Below, piece by piece: positions 1 to 10,900 of a stretch of 47,886 nucleotides of DNA; within the stretch, counting starts at the first letter, position 1; each line of letters begins with the position of its first letter. The DNA lies in the sequence record SRR33789315_17. One strand, given 5' to 3'. The notes beneath the pieces are model-generated. The model made no database searches. It was not told the origin of the DNA and saw nothing but the letters and a program-made list of their open reading frames with translations. A program made the translations under genes and the position numbers.

Positions 1-592
1 CTTGTTTTTGGGTTTCAGCGTATTTGGCTTCAGTTTTATATTCTGGGTTTAAAGGATTGGTATCTAAAAACACCATTAATACCGATCCTTTGCCTTTAAG
101 TTCAAACGTATGGGCGTAATAGGGGGCAGGCATGTTCCAGCGGCGACTGATATTGCTGTAGTCGATTTGCGCTTGCCAGTTACCGCGGTAATCGTGGTTG
201 CCTAAGGTTGCGTACCATTCTTCAAATAAATGCGGGCCCTTATAAATAGCTTCATAGGAGCTTTGCCAGTAGGGATCATTGACTGAAGCGATGCCGTTTG
301 AGTAAAAATTGTCGCCAACGGTAGTAATAAAGTCGCCGTCCAGTTGCTCCATGGCAATGTCCATCCACTTAGCCACCGCGCGTTGCTCATAGTGGCCATT
401 GCGGCCCCAGTCGCCTAAAACTAAAAAGTTTAGGCTTTTGGGTGTGGGGCTTAATTGCTCAATATGGTGTTGTTGATAATAGGCTTCGTTGTAGATTTCT
501 TCAGCATACGATGGGCTGTTACTTAGCAATAAAGCCAATAATAAACTGGCTTTGATACAACAGTATTTTAAAAACGTACGGTGTAATAACAT
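1..592 (-). CDS. Secreted metallophosphoesterase, purple acid phosphatase/ACP5 (TRAP)-like; 3' end runs off the window
   Basis: Not in the ORF track; translated by hand from ATG at 592 (GGAGA RBS upstream): MLLHRTFLKYCCIKASLLLALLLSNSPSYA signal-like N-terminus, then LGDWG, VGDNFY and LGNHDY metallophosphoesterase motifs. Confidence 0.9.
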   Translation of the reverse strand, partial: MLLHRTFLKYCCIKASLLLALLLSNSPSYAEEIYNEAYYQQHHIEQLSPTPKSLNFLVLGDWGRNGHYEQRAVAKWMDIAMEQLDGDFITTVGDNFYSNGIASVNDPYWQSSYEAIYKGPHLFEEWYATLGNHDYRGNWQAQIDYSNISRRWNMPAPYYAHTFELKGKGSVLMVFLDTNPLNPEYKTEAKYAETQKQ

Positions 593-661
593 GATTTTCT
601 CCGGTAACGCTTAAACAACTAAACGCGCCAATCAATGGCACGTTATTGCTTTAAAATAATA

Positions 662-700
662 CTGGGTTTACTTACCCTAAAAAGGGTAGGTAAAACCCAG
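662..700 (-). terminator. Stem-loop between the TBDR and phosphatase genes
   Basis: CTGGGTTTACTTACCCT-AAAA-AGGGTAGGTAAAACCCAG near-perfect inverted repeat just downstream of the TBDR stop. Confidence 0.6.
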
Positions 701-718
701 ATAAACTGAAATGATAAA

Positions 719-3427
719 CTATAACTTCCAGTTAAAACCTAGCTCAAAGGTACGGCCATACTCTTCATATTGAGCATTTTTATTTTTGCTATCAAAGTAG
801 TTGTAATAGGCTTCATTGTTGATGTTAATGGCATTGAAATACACATGCATATTGTCGTTGATAAAGTATTTGGCCATAAAATCTACTTGTTGATGGGCGT
901 CTTCCATACGCATCATATCTCCGTCGATTTCATCCAAGTTTTCACTCTTATATGACGTGGTTAAACGTAAGCTCATTAATTTACTTTCGTAACCTATGGT
1001 GAAGTTAGCGATTTTATCTGACTGGTTAGGTAGGGTCGTTTTAAAACGCTCGCCATCTAATTCAGTAATGGCTTCTGAATCACTAAAGGTACCGTTGGCC
1101 GATAATAATAGGCCGTTATCGAAGGCTTTTACCCAGGCTAATTCAAGACCACTAACCTTGGCAGATTCGCCATTGATGGCTTGTTTCACTTCTTTAAAAC
1201 CTTCCCAGCCACTGGTGCCTGCTACGTCAGCAGTAATAATGAAGTTATCAATATTTTTATAAAAATAGCCCGCGGATAACACCCCAATATCACCGGGATA
1301 ATATTCTAAAGTGGCATCAAAGTTAGCCGATTCATAAGGTTGTAATTCAGGGTTACCGGCTTCTGCTTCGCGTTCTGTGACAAACTCGCCGTCGTCTTCT
1401 TCGGTTTTTGATTCGATAATTTGATAAGCACCCACATCTTCAAACTTAGGGCGAGAAATGGTTTGGGTATAAGCAAAACGCGCTATTAAGCTATCGTTAA
1501 ATTCGTAGCGTACATTTAAACTAGGCAATAGATAGTCGTAATTATAATCCTTGTCCCATGGGGTATTGACCACTTCTTCGCTATCGGTTTGTTCATTTTC
1601 AATCAGTTCAACACGCATCCCGGCGGTGCTGAAATCGGTTTTTTCGTAACGCAGACCCGCGACAATACGTAAGTCGTCAATATCGATTTTACCCATTAAA
1701 TATAGGGCAAAAATATCTTCGTCATTGCTGTAAGTGGCCCCATTCGACTCAACTTCAGAATCCAGTTCGACTAGCTCTAAGCTGTTACGCTGAGCATTGA
1801 AATAGTCACGCATGGCTTTTTTACTCAGGCCCGGGCCGAAATTACCGAGTCCCCAGTCAGGGGCCGAAGTGGCAAAGCTTGTAGCATCAACGTCGTCAAA
1901 GTCGCCATCATAAATTGAAGTGTTAGCCCGATTGAATTTTTCACGAGTACGGTATTTACCGCCAAACTTGATTTCAGTGGCATTGCCCTGCCACTCGCCT
2001 AAACGAGTAAAATCAATTTTTGCACTACTTTCGGTATCTTTGGCATAATTCTTAGCATACTCAATTTCATCTAGTGCATAGTTGCTCATGTCCATCGCAG
2101 CGGCATCTTGCGTGATAGTCGGAATTTGTCCTTGCATGTCAGAGTCGATGTTCATCTCTTCGCCCACAAAGGTGTAGTACAAAGAGTGAGGCTCTTTTTC
2201 GTCAGCTTTTGAGTAACCTAACTGATATTCAATTAACCAGTCATCGATTTGATGTTTGGCACCTGCGGTGACAGATAAAATGCTTTGTGCTTCGTAGCGG
2301 TCTTTACTTTCCCTTTCAATCTCTGAATCTTCGCCATCAAAGGTGAAAGTATTTCTTAAGCGATGTTCGTCGTCAGAAAATTTACTGTACAAGCTGCGAA
2401 TATAATATTGATTATTAAAGTCGGGACGATAATCAAGGTTAAGGGCGGCACCTAAGCGTTCACGGTTAATGGTGTAGTAACGTTGCTCGATTTCATCATC
2501 GCCGTTAGATTCAATGTTGTCAGAGCCAAAGTCGCGGTCGAAATAGGATATAGCCCCTGCGATACCAAACACTTTATCGATAACCGTAGTGCCGCTGGCT
2601 GATACTTTAGGGCTGGTTTCACTGCGCAGTTCGTTTTGACTGGCTTGCAAGGTAATGCTGGCGGTGTTGCCCTTGCGATCAAAAGCACTCAAACTTTTTA
2701 CTTCAACCGAACCACCAATGGCATCGCCGTCCATATCAGAGGTCACTGATTTAGACACCTCTAAGCTTTGGATTAATTCAGAAGGGATGACATCCAAGGC
2801 CACCGAACGCACACCCGCTTCAGGTGAAGGCACATTCAAGCCATTAATAGTTACGTTGTTTAAGTTTGGATCGATACCACGAATGCCCACAAAGCGGCCT
2901 TCGCCTTGGTCACGTTCAATAGATAAGCCGGGTAAACGTTGTAGTGCTTCGGCGGCATTTTGATCAGGAAATTGACCAATAGCATCAGAAGAAACAATAG
3001 ACTTTATACTATCAGCGCTACGCTGTTGGTTAATGGCACTGGCTTGGCCAGCACGTTGTCCGTAAACTACAATTTTTTCGGCAGCAGTGGCGAGTACAAA
3101 GGCTTGCTCAAGGGTTTGACCTGATTCAATGGTAATTGGCACTTCATCGGTAGGGGCTCCTAAATAGCTAATGATTAAGGTGTAGTTACCTTGCGGTAGG
3201 CTGCCAAAACGAAACGAACCATCACGGTTTGATACGGTGCTAACTCCCAGTTCTTTGATTGTAATCTCTGCACCTTCAAAATAACTGGTTTGACTTTGGT
3301 CAGTCAGCAAACCTTGTAAAGTGCCAATGGCTTTTTCTTGGGCCATTGCAGTTGAACTGATTAAGGCAGCTAAACAGGCGAGGGCGAGTTTAGATTTGAT
3401 TCTTGGCTTAGTGTTTACGCTTGGCAT
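719..3427 (-). CDS. TonB-dependent receptor with N-terminal carboxypeptidase-regulatory-like domain (type often linked to phytase/phosphatase genes)
   Basis: Signal peptide; plug motifs FPDQNAAEALQRLPG, GEGRFVGIRG, VEVKSLS; beta-barrel C-terminus. ATG at 3427 with GGAGA RBS preferred over TTG at 3445. Confidence 0.92.
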   Translation of the reverse strand: MPSVNTKPRIKSKLALACLAALISSTAMAQEKAIGTLQGLLTDQSQTSYFEGAEITIKELGVSTVSNRDGSFRFGSLPQGNYTLIISYLGAPTDEVPITIESGQTLEQAFVLATAAEKIVVYGQRAGQASAINQQRSADSIKSIVSSDAIGQFPDQNAAEALQRLPGLSIERDQGEGRFVGIRGIDPNLNNVTINGLNVPSPEAGVRSVALDVIPSELIQSLEVSKSVTSDMDGDAIGGSVEVKSLSAFDRKGNTASITLQASQNELRSETSPKVSASGTTVIDKVFGIAGAISYFDRDFGSDNIESNGDDEIEQRYYTINRERLGAALNLDYRPDFNNQYYIRSLYSKFSDDEHRLRNTFTFDGEDSEIERESKDRYEAQSILSVTAGAKHQIDDWLIEYQLGYSKADEKEPHSLYYTFVGEEMNIDSDMQGQIPTITQDAAAMDMSNYALDEIEYAKNYAKDTESSAKIDFTRLGEWQGNATEIKFGGKYRTREKFNRANTSIYDGDFDDVDATSFATSAPDWGLGNFGPGLSKKAMRDYFNAQRNSLELVELDSEVESNGATYSNDEDIFALYLMGKIDIDDLRIVAGLRYEKTDFSTAGMRVELIENEQTDSEEVVNTPWDKDYNYDYLLPSLNVRYEFNDSLIARFAYTQTISRPKFEDVGAYQIIESKTEEDDGEFVTEREAEAGNPELQPYESANFDATLEYYPGDIGVLSAGYFYKNIDNFIITADVAGTSGWEGFKEVKQAINGESAKVSGLELAWVKAFDNGLLLSANGTFSDSEAITELDGERFKTTLPNQSDKIANFTIGYESKLMSLRLTTSYKSENLDEIDGDMMRMEDAHQQVDFMAKYFINDNMHVYFNAININNEAYYNYFDSKNKNAQYEEYGRTFELGFNWKL

Positions 3428-3487
3428 TGTGTGTCTCCGTGGCAAATTTATATTTGCTTTTTGGCTATCAAGGTTTCGTTGGTCGAC

Positions 3488-3521
3488 ACGCTAATCAAAG
3501 GTAATGACAGTTTTATTACGT
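3488..3521 (-). promoter_or_regulatory. Pho-box-like site and -10 element for the TBDR-phosphatase operon
   Basis: Minus strand reads ACGTAAT-AAAA-CTGTCAT, then 10 nt, then TAGCGT; matches PhoB box geometry (11-bp repeat, 10 bp upstream of -10). Confidence 0.65.
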
Positions 3522-3661
3522 TGCTAATCTAATCTGCCAATAGTGGCTTAAAAATATTGAGTTATCAGGTTTTTGGGGTACTGCTTGAGCTTATTTGACC
3601 TCCTTGAAAAGGCTTTATAATTGCTGCAGTGGCATTGTAAACCTCTAATCATTTGTGACTT

Positions 3662-3695
3662 TTTTCATTAATTTGTCATGTTACTGAGCCAAAAT
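3662..3695 (+). promoter_or_regulatory. Pho-box-like site and -10 element for the GGDEF-AraC operon
   Basis: TTTTCAT-TAAT-TTGTCAT, then 10 nt, then CAAAAT. Confidence 0.55.
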
Positions 3696-3756
3696 GACCT
3701 CATTAGTCTTTATCCCTTGTGTCAGGATAGTGGTTTAGTTGTTTGAGAGCTCATAC

Positions 3757-4659
3757 ATGAATTTTTCTTTATTAGCCCGTCACCAAACTTTAGTTTCGGT
3801 GGTAGCGGCGTGTTTATCTTTGTCGATCAGTTTGAGTTTTGGCTTAGGTGACTTGAAAATGTGGTCTGAAATTCAGTGGTTGGATATCGTGGGCGAGGGC
3901 AGCGTTGCCTTGTTTTCGCTACTGTGGATTGGGGTGTTATTGATCAGTCGCCCACCTGGGCGTGTGACTACAGGTTTGGTCCTAGGCTTAAGTTGCTTTT
4001 TGTTTTCGGCTTTATTGGATTTTTTTGACGAGTTTGTGCATTACCAAGCGGCCGCTGCAGGCTTGAGTGTAATTGAGTCGATACCCGCCGCCTTTGGGAT
4101 GGTGATCATGAGTTATGCCTTGTATCAATGGCATTTGGAACAGCTGGCGTTAAATCGCCAGTTGCAACGCCGCGAGTTAGGTCTGCGTGAGCATCAGCAA
4201 ATTGACTTCATTACTCAACTGTATCGTGCTGACTATATGCGTGGTCAAATTGATATGCAGCTAAGAACCAAAGAAGGCAGTGCCTTTTCTATTGTAATGT
4301 TAGACATCGACAATTTTGATGCCTTTAACCGCTGTTATGGCACTACCGAAGGTGACCGCTTGTTGCGTGAAATGTCAGAGCTGATTTTGATGAATTTGCG
4401 TAATACAGATCTGGCCTGTCGCTATGCCGGTGATCGTTTTGTTTTATTATTGCCTGATACTAATTTGGCTATGGCAGAAGAATTAGCCCAGCAAGTTAAA
4501 AGCGCTATTAGTCATCTGGCCTTTAAACCGCAATCCCATACCCAAGCGGTTTATCATACCCTATCCCATGCTGCAGAAGCGGCCCAGCCAATGGATGGTG
4601 TGGATGCGATTATTGCTCGTGTTAATCACCGCCTTGATATCAATAAGCAAGGGGCATAG
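3757..4659 (+). CDS. Membrane-anchored GGDEF-domain protein with degenerate active site (AGDRF)
   Basis: About 4 TM helices, coiled linker, DFITQLY, MLDIDNF, GDRLL and RNTDLACRYAGDRF; ATG 3757 preferred over TTG 3739. Confidence 0.85.
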   Translation: MNFSLLARHQTLVSVVAACLSLSISLSFGLGDLKMWSEIQWLDIVGEGSVALFSLLWIGVLLISRPPGRVTTGLVLGLSCFLFSALLDFFDEFVHYQAAAAGLSVIESIPAAFGMVIMSYALYQWHLEQLALNRQLQRRELGLREHQQIDFITQLYRADYMRGQIDMQLRTKEGSAFSIVMLDIDNFDAFNRCYGTTEGDRLLREMSELILMNLRNTDLACRYAGDRFVLLLPDTNLAMAEELAQQVKSAISHLAFKPQSHTQAVYHTLSHAAEAAQPMDGVDAIIARVNHRLDINKQGA

Positions 4660-5673
4660 ATGTCGATGCCGCGCCGTAAGCTGTTAAGTCTTGAAGATAA
4701 GTTTTTGCCCGCTCATCAATTGGCGGCTAGCTTAATCGACTTGGCGATGTCCCGTGGTGTAGATAAAAACCGCTTAATGCGTGGTACGCGAATTTTTTAT
4801 CAAGATATAAAGTCTGGTTCAGCGCAATTGAGTGCAGAGCAAGTATTAGCTTTAATGGCCAATGCGAGTTCGTTGGTATCAGGTTTTGATTGTTCATTTC
4901 AATTGGGAAGAAGGGTGTTTCCGGGAAATTATGGGGCTATTTCTAATGCCTTGTTGCATAGCCGTAATTTACAAGATGCCCTGCGTTTGTTGACTGTTTA
5001 TGCTCAGCATATTTGTCCTTTTATGCACAGTTATGCTTATCAAGATGAACAGCAATATCAGCTGGTCGTCTACGATGCGGTGGGCTGTGGCGAGCAATGG
5101 CCCTTTGTCATTGAAACTTATTTTAGTGCGCTGGTGGCCGCAACTAAGTTGTTACTAGGTCATCGTATTCCTTTCCATTTTGATTTTCCTTTTGCGCGAC
5201 CGCGTTATATTCAAGAATACGAAACCAATTTGGGGTATAGACTCAATTTTTCTCAACCTCAATTGCGCATTCGTTTTGATCTTAAATGGTTAAAAGCGCC
5301 ATTTGCCCAGCAAAGTCAAAGTTTAAAATGGCATGCTTTACAACATATCAGACAGCACCAAGAATCCTATCAACCTTTTATTCAGGCGGTACGCGACAGT
5401 TTGCGACATAAGCGTAATCAAACACTGCAAGAAACGGCTTTGTTATTTGCCATGAGTCCCGCCACTTTTAAGCGTAAATTAAACCTGCACGGCGTGCGTT
5501 TTCAGCAGTTGCAAGATGAGCTGGGCAAACAGCAGGCCCTGTATTTACTGCAAGTACAAAAACTTAACAATGAAGACAGCGCTAGTGAGATGGCCTTTTC
5601 TGATATTCCTAATTTTCGTCGCGCAGTAAAACGTTGGACTGGCTTTACGCCTAATCAACTACGTTTAGGTTAA
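4660..5673 (+). CDS. AraC-family transcriptional regulator (OruR-like N-terminal ligand domain)
   Basis: C-terminal double HTH: MSPATFKRKL...MAFSDIPNFRRAVKRWTGFTPNQLR; abuts the GGDEF stop. Confidence 0.9.
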   Translation: MSMPRRKLLSLEDKFLPAHQLAASLIDLAMSRGVDKNRLMRGTRIFYQDIKSGSAQLSAEQVLALMANASSLVSGFDCSFQLGRRVFPGNYGAISNALLHSRNLQDALRLLTVYAQHICPFMHSYAYQDEQQYQLVVYDAVGCGEQWPFVIETYFSALVAATKLLLGHRIPFHFDFPFARPRYIQEYETNLGYRLNFSQPQLRIRFDLKWLKAPFAQQSQSLKWHALQHIRQHQESYQPFIQAVRDSLRHKRNQTLQETALLFAMSPATFKRKLNLHGVRFQQLQDELGKQQALYLLQVQKLNNEDSASEMAFSDIPNFRRAVKRWTGFTPNQLRLG

Positions 5674-5795
5674 GCACCACATTCTTCTCTTTAAAGTGTG
5701 GCCCCCTCATCGTTTTTAAATAAATTCCTTTTAGTTATTTGCACTTAGGGTTTCGCTTGCAAGCAAAACTTGCATCTAAAAATAGGGCAAATATA

Positions 5796-5811
5796 CTGTA
5801 TATAATTACAG
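5796..5811. promoter_or_regulatory. LexA (SOS) box
   Basis: CTGTATATAATTACAG = CTGT-N8-ACAG, within a longer palindrome 5791-5816, 15 nt upstream of imuA. Confidence 0.92.
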
Positions 5812-5826
5812 TATATTTGTGACCTA

Positions 5827-6516
5827 ATGAATACGATACTCGACGAGCTAAAAAATAAAAAACTGCTGTGGCAAGCTAACCACACCAGTCAAATGGCGAG
5901 TGCCAAAAGCACTGGTTTTAGCGAGCTCAATCGTCAATTACAAGGGGGATTTCCACAACAAGGAGTGGTGGATATTGACAGTGCTATTGGTATTGGCGAA
6001 CTGCGCTTATTGTTGCCTGACTTGTATGCTCGTCAGCAAAGTGGTGATCGTTTGTTAGTGTTTATTGCATCACCACTGTTGCTTAACAGTGAAATGCTGG
6101 CTGAACAGGGATTTGTGCTTAGCAGAGTATTACTGGTTAAGGCTGAAACCGGTGCACAAGCCCTATGGTGTGCTGAGCAGTGTTTAAGTAGTGGCTGTTG
6201 TTATGGGGTGGTGTTGTGGCAACAAGATATTGAGATTAATCAGGTTAAACGCTTGCAATTGGCGGCCGACAAAGGCGATGCTTTGTTAGTGATGTTGCGT
6301 TATAAAAAACAACTCAAACTTGCTTTGCCAGTATCGTTGGCCATGGGGTTGAGTGCCCATCCTTATGGCATTAATGTTGAAATCACTAAACGCAAGGGGG
6401 GCTGGCCCACTCTGCCTTTTTGTGTGAGCATGGGTAATAGATGGCCTGAATTAAGCTGCCAAGCTCTAGGCGATAATATTTTGCCTTTTCCCGCTCGTCA
6501 TTATCATAGCGCTTAA
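5827..6516 (+). CDS. imuA: Translesion synthesis accessory protein ImuA
   Basis: RecA/SulA-like motifs STGFSELNRQLQGGFP, GIGELRLLLP, LWCAEQCL, KRLQLAA, KRKGGW; first gene of the cassette. Confidence 0.92.
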   Translation: MNTILDELKNKKLLWQANHTSQMASAKSTGFSELNRQLQGGFPQQGVVDIDSAIGIGELRLLLPDLYARQQSGDRLLVFIASPLLLNSEMLAEQGFVLSRVLLVKAETGAQALWCAEQCLSSGCCYGVVLWQQDIEINQVKRLQLAADKGDALLVMLRYKKQLKLALPVSLAMGLSAHPYGINVEITKRKGGWPTLPFCVSMGNRWPELSCQALGDNILPFPARHYHSA

Positions 6517-6521
6517 ATGTA

Positions 6522-7952
6522 ATGGAAATGTTGTGGGTCTATCTGCATTTTCCCAATTTGCAACTTGATGCTTTACTGGCACAAGCCCAAGAAGATATGG
6601 CTGAGCAACAACCCTTGGTTATTCTCGACTCCCGTAGCCATCACATTGTGCAATTAAATCGTAAAGCAGTAGAGGCTGGTATTACTTTAAATATGGGTTT
6701 GGGTACTGCAGCAGCCTTAGCCCGTGATTTGCAAGTTGTGCCTTATGAGCCTCGGATCACTGAAAATAAACTAAATGAAGTGGCCGAGGCCTTATATTTA
6801 ATCACTTGTGATATCAGTTTTTTTGCGCCTCAAGGTTTGTTATTAAGAAGCCATAATATGCTTAGATTATATGGTGATTTGGCAACTTACTGGCAAACCC
6901 TAAAAAATCAATTAATGCCCTTAGGGGTGACATATCACTATGCTACTGGCCATTCACCTTTGGCGGCAAAAATGCTGGCGGTTAAAGGCTGGAATACCAT
7001 TAATGCTGATCAGCAGGTATTAAAACAACACGTTGCTCAGTGTTTGTTGCAACAAAGTGGTATTAGTGAAAATACGCAACAAAAGTTAAGCCGAGTGGGT
7101 TTGCGTACCATAGGAGATTTACTCAAGGTGCCTTTTGCCGATCTTGCTAAACGTTTTGACCTTGAGCTGGTGAATTATGTTGGCCGTTTGACTGGTGAGT
7201 TTAAACATCCGGTAGAATTTTTTCATCCTCCTGAGACCTTTGAGCGCTATATGGAGTTGTTATACGACATTGAAAATACCGCGGTATTGCAACGGCCTTT
7301 ATTGCATTTACTGAATGCCCTTGAGCAATTTCTTAAACTGCGTGATCGCTTAACCCAAAGTTTGCATATTCGTTTGTATCAGCGTGAGCATCCTCCTTTA
7401 GATTGGTGTATTGGTTCACAGCAAGGAGAATATCTGGCGGAGCGCTGGGCGGCCTTGGTTGCCCTTAAGGCGGAGCAGCTAGTGCTCAGTTCGGCGGTTT
7501 ATGGCATAGGTTTAACGACCGGTAAAACCGAAATACGTAGTCCAGATAAAGGCGACTTGTTTAGTGGTAAAAAAGGTACAGTCTCGCGTTTGCAACTTGT
7601 GTCCTTACTACAAGCTAAGCTAGGAGCTGATGCGGTGGTAAGCCCCCTTTGGTGCAATGATAGTCGACCTGAAAAGGCCAATACCTGTCAAACACCGCTA
7701 TTGGCCGAGGTGCAAAGTCAGCGATTAACTCCCTTATTGCAGGCAATACGCCCCAGTTTTTTATTGCACTCGCCTCAACCGCTACGTGAGAAAGTCTCAA
7801 TATTATATGGACCAGAGCGTATTAATACTGGCTGGTGGGATAATCATAAGGTGGTACGTGATTACTATGTTGCCCGCAATGCACAAGGTCAATGGTATTG
7901 GATATTTAAAAGACCTGATGCCCGTTGGTATTTACACGGTTTATTCAGTTAA
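6522..7952 (+). CDS. imuB: Catalytically inactive Y-family polymerase ImuB
   Basis: N-terminal LWVYLHFPNLQLD; C-terminal GPERINTGWWD...RDYYVA...WYLHGLFS; lies between imuA and dnaE2. Confidence 0.92.
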   Translation: MEMLWVYLHFPNLQLDALLAQAQEDMAEQQPLVILDSRSHHIVQLNRKAVEAGITLNMGLGTAAALARDLQVVPYEPRITENKLNEVAEALYLITCDISFFAPQGLLLRSHNMLRLYGDLATYWQTLKNQLMPLGVTYHYATGHSPLAAKMLAVKGWNTINADQQVLKQHVAQCLLQQSGISENTQQKLSRVGLRTIGDLLKVPFADLAKRFDLELVNYVGRLTGEFKHPVEFFHPPETFERYMELLYDIENTAVLQRPLLHLLNALEQFLKLRDRLTQSLHIRLYQREHPPLDWCIGSQQGEYLAERWAALVALKAEQLVLSSAVYGIGLTTGKTEIRSPDKGDLFSGKKGTVSRLQLVSLLQAKLGADAVVSPLWCNDSRPEKANTCQTPLLAEVQSQRLTPLLQAIRPSFLLHSPQPLREKVSILYGPERINTGWWDNHKVVRDYYVARNAQGQWYWIFKRPDARWYLHGLFS

Positions 7953-10900
7953 TGAGCAGAGACTATGCCGAACTCTTTTGCCAAAGTAATTTTTCGTTTT
8001 TAGAGGGGGCTTCCCATCCCCAAGAATTGGTGCAGATGGCTGATTTTTTGGGTTATCAAGCGATAGCGATCACCGATGAATGTTCACTGGCTGGAGTGGT
8101 GCGCGCCTATACGGCGATTAAAGATAAAAACCTCAGTATCAAACTAATTGTTGGTAGTTTATTTAAACTTGAAGACGAATTGAATGTGATATTACTCAGC
8201 CCTAATCGCGAGGCTTATGCAGAATTATGCCGCATTATCACCAATGCTAGACGCCGAGCGATTAAAGGGCAATACAGATTAGAGCGCTGGGATTTAAAAA
8301 GCAGTCAACATTGTTTGGCAATCTGGTTACCTAGGGGGCAGGTAGAACCAGACCACGAAGCTGCCGCTTTTTTACAGGGCATTTTTAAACAACGTTTATG
8401 GATTGGTGCTCAGCGCCATCTCACTGCTAACGAACATCGTTATTTGCAGCATTGCCGTTTTTTGAGTCAACATTATCACTTAGCTATTAGCGCCTGTGGT
8501 GGGGTGTTAATGCACCAACCGGAGCGTTTGATGCTGCAACATGCCTTGAGTGCCATTCGTCAGGGAGGCAGCATTACGAAATTGGGCAGAGCCTTATTGG
8601 CGAACAGTGAGCGTGCTTTACGGCCACTTGATAAGCTGGCAAGTTTGTTCTGCAAGGAGTGGTTACAAGAATCGTTACATATTGCCCAGCGCTGCACGTT
8701 CGACATGAGCGAACTGCGTTACGAATATCCAGCAGAGTTAGTGCCAGTGGGGAAAACCGCTAGCCAATACCTGCGGGAATTGGTGCTCATTGGCATGGGC
8801 CTGCGTTTTACAGAAGAGCCTCATTTGGCATTTTCGATTAAACGGATTATTGCCAAAGAATTAAAATTAATTCGTGAAATGCACTATGAATATTTTTTTC
8901 TGACTATTTATGACATTGTGCAATTTGCTAAACGGCAACAGATACTATATCAGGGTAGGGGCTCTGCAGCGAATTCAGTAGTGTGTTATTGCTTAGAAAT
9001 TACCGCTGTCGATCCACGCCAAATTGATGTGTTATTTGAGCGCTTTATTTCCAAAGAGCGCAAAGAAGAGCCGGATATTGATGTGGATTTTGAACACCAT
9101 CGTCGCGAAGAAATCATCCAGTATATTTATCAAAAATACGGCCGCGAACGCACTGCGATTGCGGCAACCGTGGTGACTTATCGACAAAAAAGTGCCATCC
9201 GTGAAATTGGTAAAGTCATGGGCATAGAAGAAAGCCAATTGGCTTTTTTTATTAAAAATATTGATCGCCGAGATAGCCAAAGTGACTGGCAAGGGCAAAT
9301 TGCTGAACTTGGTTTTGATCCGCAATCGCAACAGGGGCAGCACTTTGTTTATTTGGTCAATGAGATTAAAGGTTTTCCGCGCCACTTATCCCAGCATGTG
9401 GGTGGTTTTGTCATTTCGTCTGGACCGATGTATCACCTAGTACCTATCGAAAATGCCGCCATGGCTAAGCGTAGCATTATTCAATGGGACAAAGATGACT
9501 TAGAAAGTTTAGGGCTACTCAAAGTGGATATACTCGCCTTGGGTATGTTGAGTGCGATCCGTCGAGCCTTTGATTTAATTAGCACTCACTATCAACATAA
9601 GTGGAGTATTGCTCAAATCACTAAATTAGGTGATGACCCACAAGTCTATAAGATGATCCAGCAAGCTGATACCGTTGGAGTGTTCCAAATTGAATCGCGG
9701 GCACAAATGAGTATGTTACCGCGGCTTAGACCTAAGTGTTATTACGACTTGGTGGTACAGATAGCTATTGTTAGGCCGGGCCCAATACAAGGGGATATGG
9801 TGCATCCCTACTTAAGACGTCGGGATGGTTTGGAAAAAATCGCTCATCCATCCAAAATGGTTGAGGCGGTATTAAAGCGCACTAATGGGGTACCAATATT
9901 TCAAGAACAAGTGATTAAAATGGCCATGGTGGCTGCTGGCTTTACGGGGGGCGAGGCTGATCAACTCAGACGTGCTATGGCGTCATGGAAAAAAAACGGT
10001 GAGTTACTCCAATTCCGCGAAAAGCTGATTAATGGTATGTTGCAACGAGGCTATGAATTGGATTATGCCGAGCGTATTTTTAATCAAATAAAAGGCTTTG
10101 GTGAGTATGGATTTCCTGAATCTCATTCCGCTTCATTTGCCGTATTGGCCTATGTGTCGGCGTGGTTAAAATACTATTATCCGCAAGCCTTTTATGTTGC
10201 ATTACTCAATAGCTGGCCAATGGGCTTTTATCCACCTGCGCAGTTAGTACAAGATGCTCAGCGACACCAAATTAAAATATTACCAGTGTGTATTAATGCC
10301 TCAGATTATGAACATAAATTCGAATTTTATAACAATGTGTGGGCAATAAGACTAGGCTTTTGTGTCGTTAAGGGCCTTAAACAAAGTGCCTTAACTTCAT
10401 TGCTACAACAGCGGCCTCAAGATGGTTTTCAATATATAGAACAAATCAAAAATGTAGGTTTAGGCCGTCATTATTTAGCCGCACTCGCCAGCGCTAATGC
10501 TTTTGCCTGCATCAGCGATAATCGATATGCAGCACGCTGGTCTTTAATGGATAGCGAAACCGATTTGCCCTTATTTAAACAGGCTAATGTGAATGATGAA
10601 GGTGGTCTTGCAAATTTTTCTGGCATTGGTCAGCCTAGTGACAGTGATAATGTTATTGAAGACTACTCAGCAACCAGTCTTACCCTGAATAAACATCCTA
10701 TTAGCTTATTAAGAGATGCGGGCTTACTGCCCAAGCATGTAAAAGCAAGCCAATTGTATTTATGTGAACATAAAAAGCTAGTGAGTGTCGTTGGCTTAGT
10801 GATTGGTCGGCAACGACCGGGCACCTCAAAAGGTGTCACTTTTATTACGCTAGAAGACGATAGCGGAAGTATTAATGTGATTGTGTGGTTAGCGACAGCC

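Noticed and set aside
202-399. 65-aa minus-strand ORF from the track
   Set aside because: Out-of-frame shadow inside the phosphatase gene (1-592)
770-2963. Short ORFs overlapping the first TBDR
   Set aside because: Antisense or alternate-frame shadows with no motifs
7925-7951. N-terminal extension of dnaE2
   Set aside because: Overlaps imuB; the coupled ATG at 7952 gives the typical N-terminus
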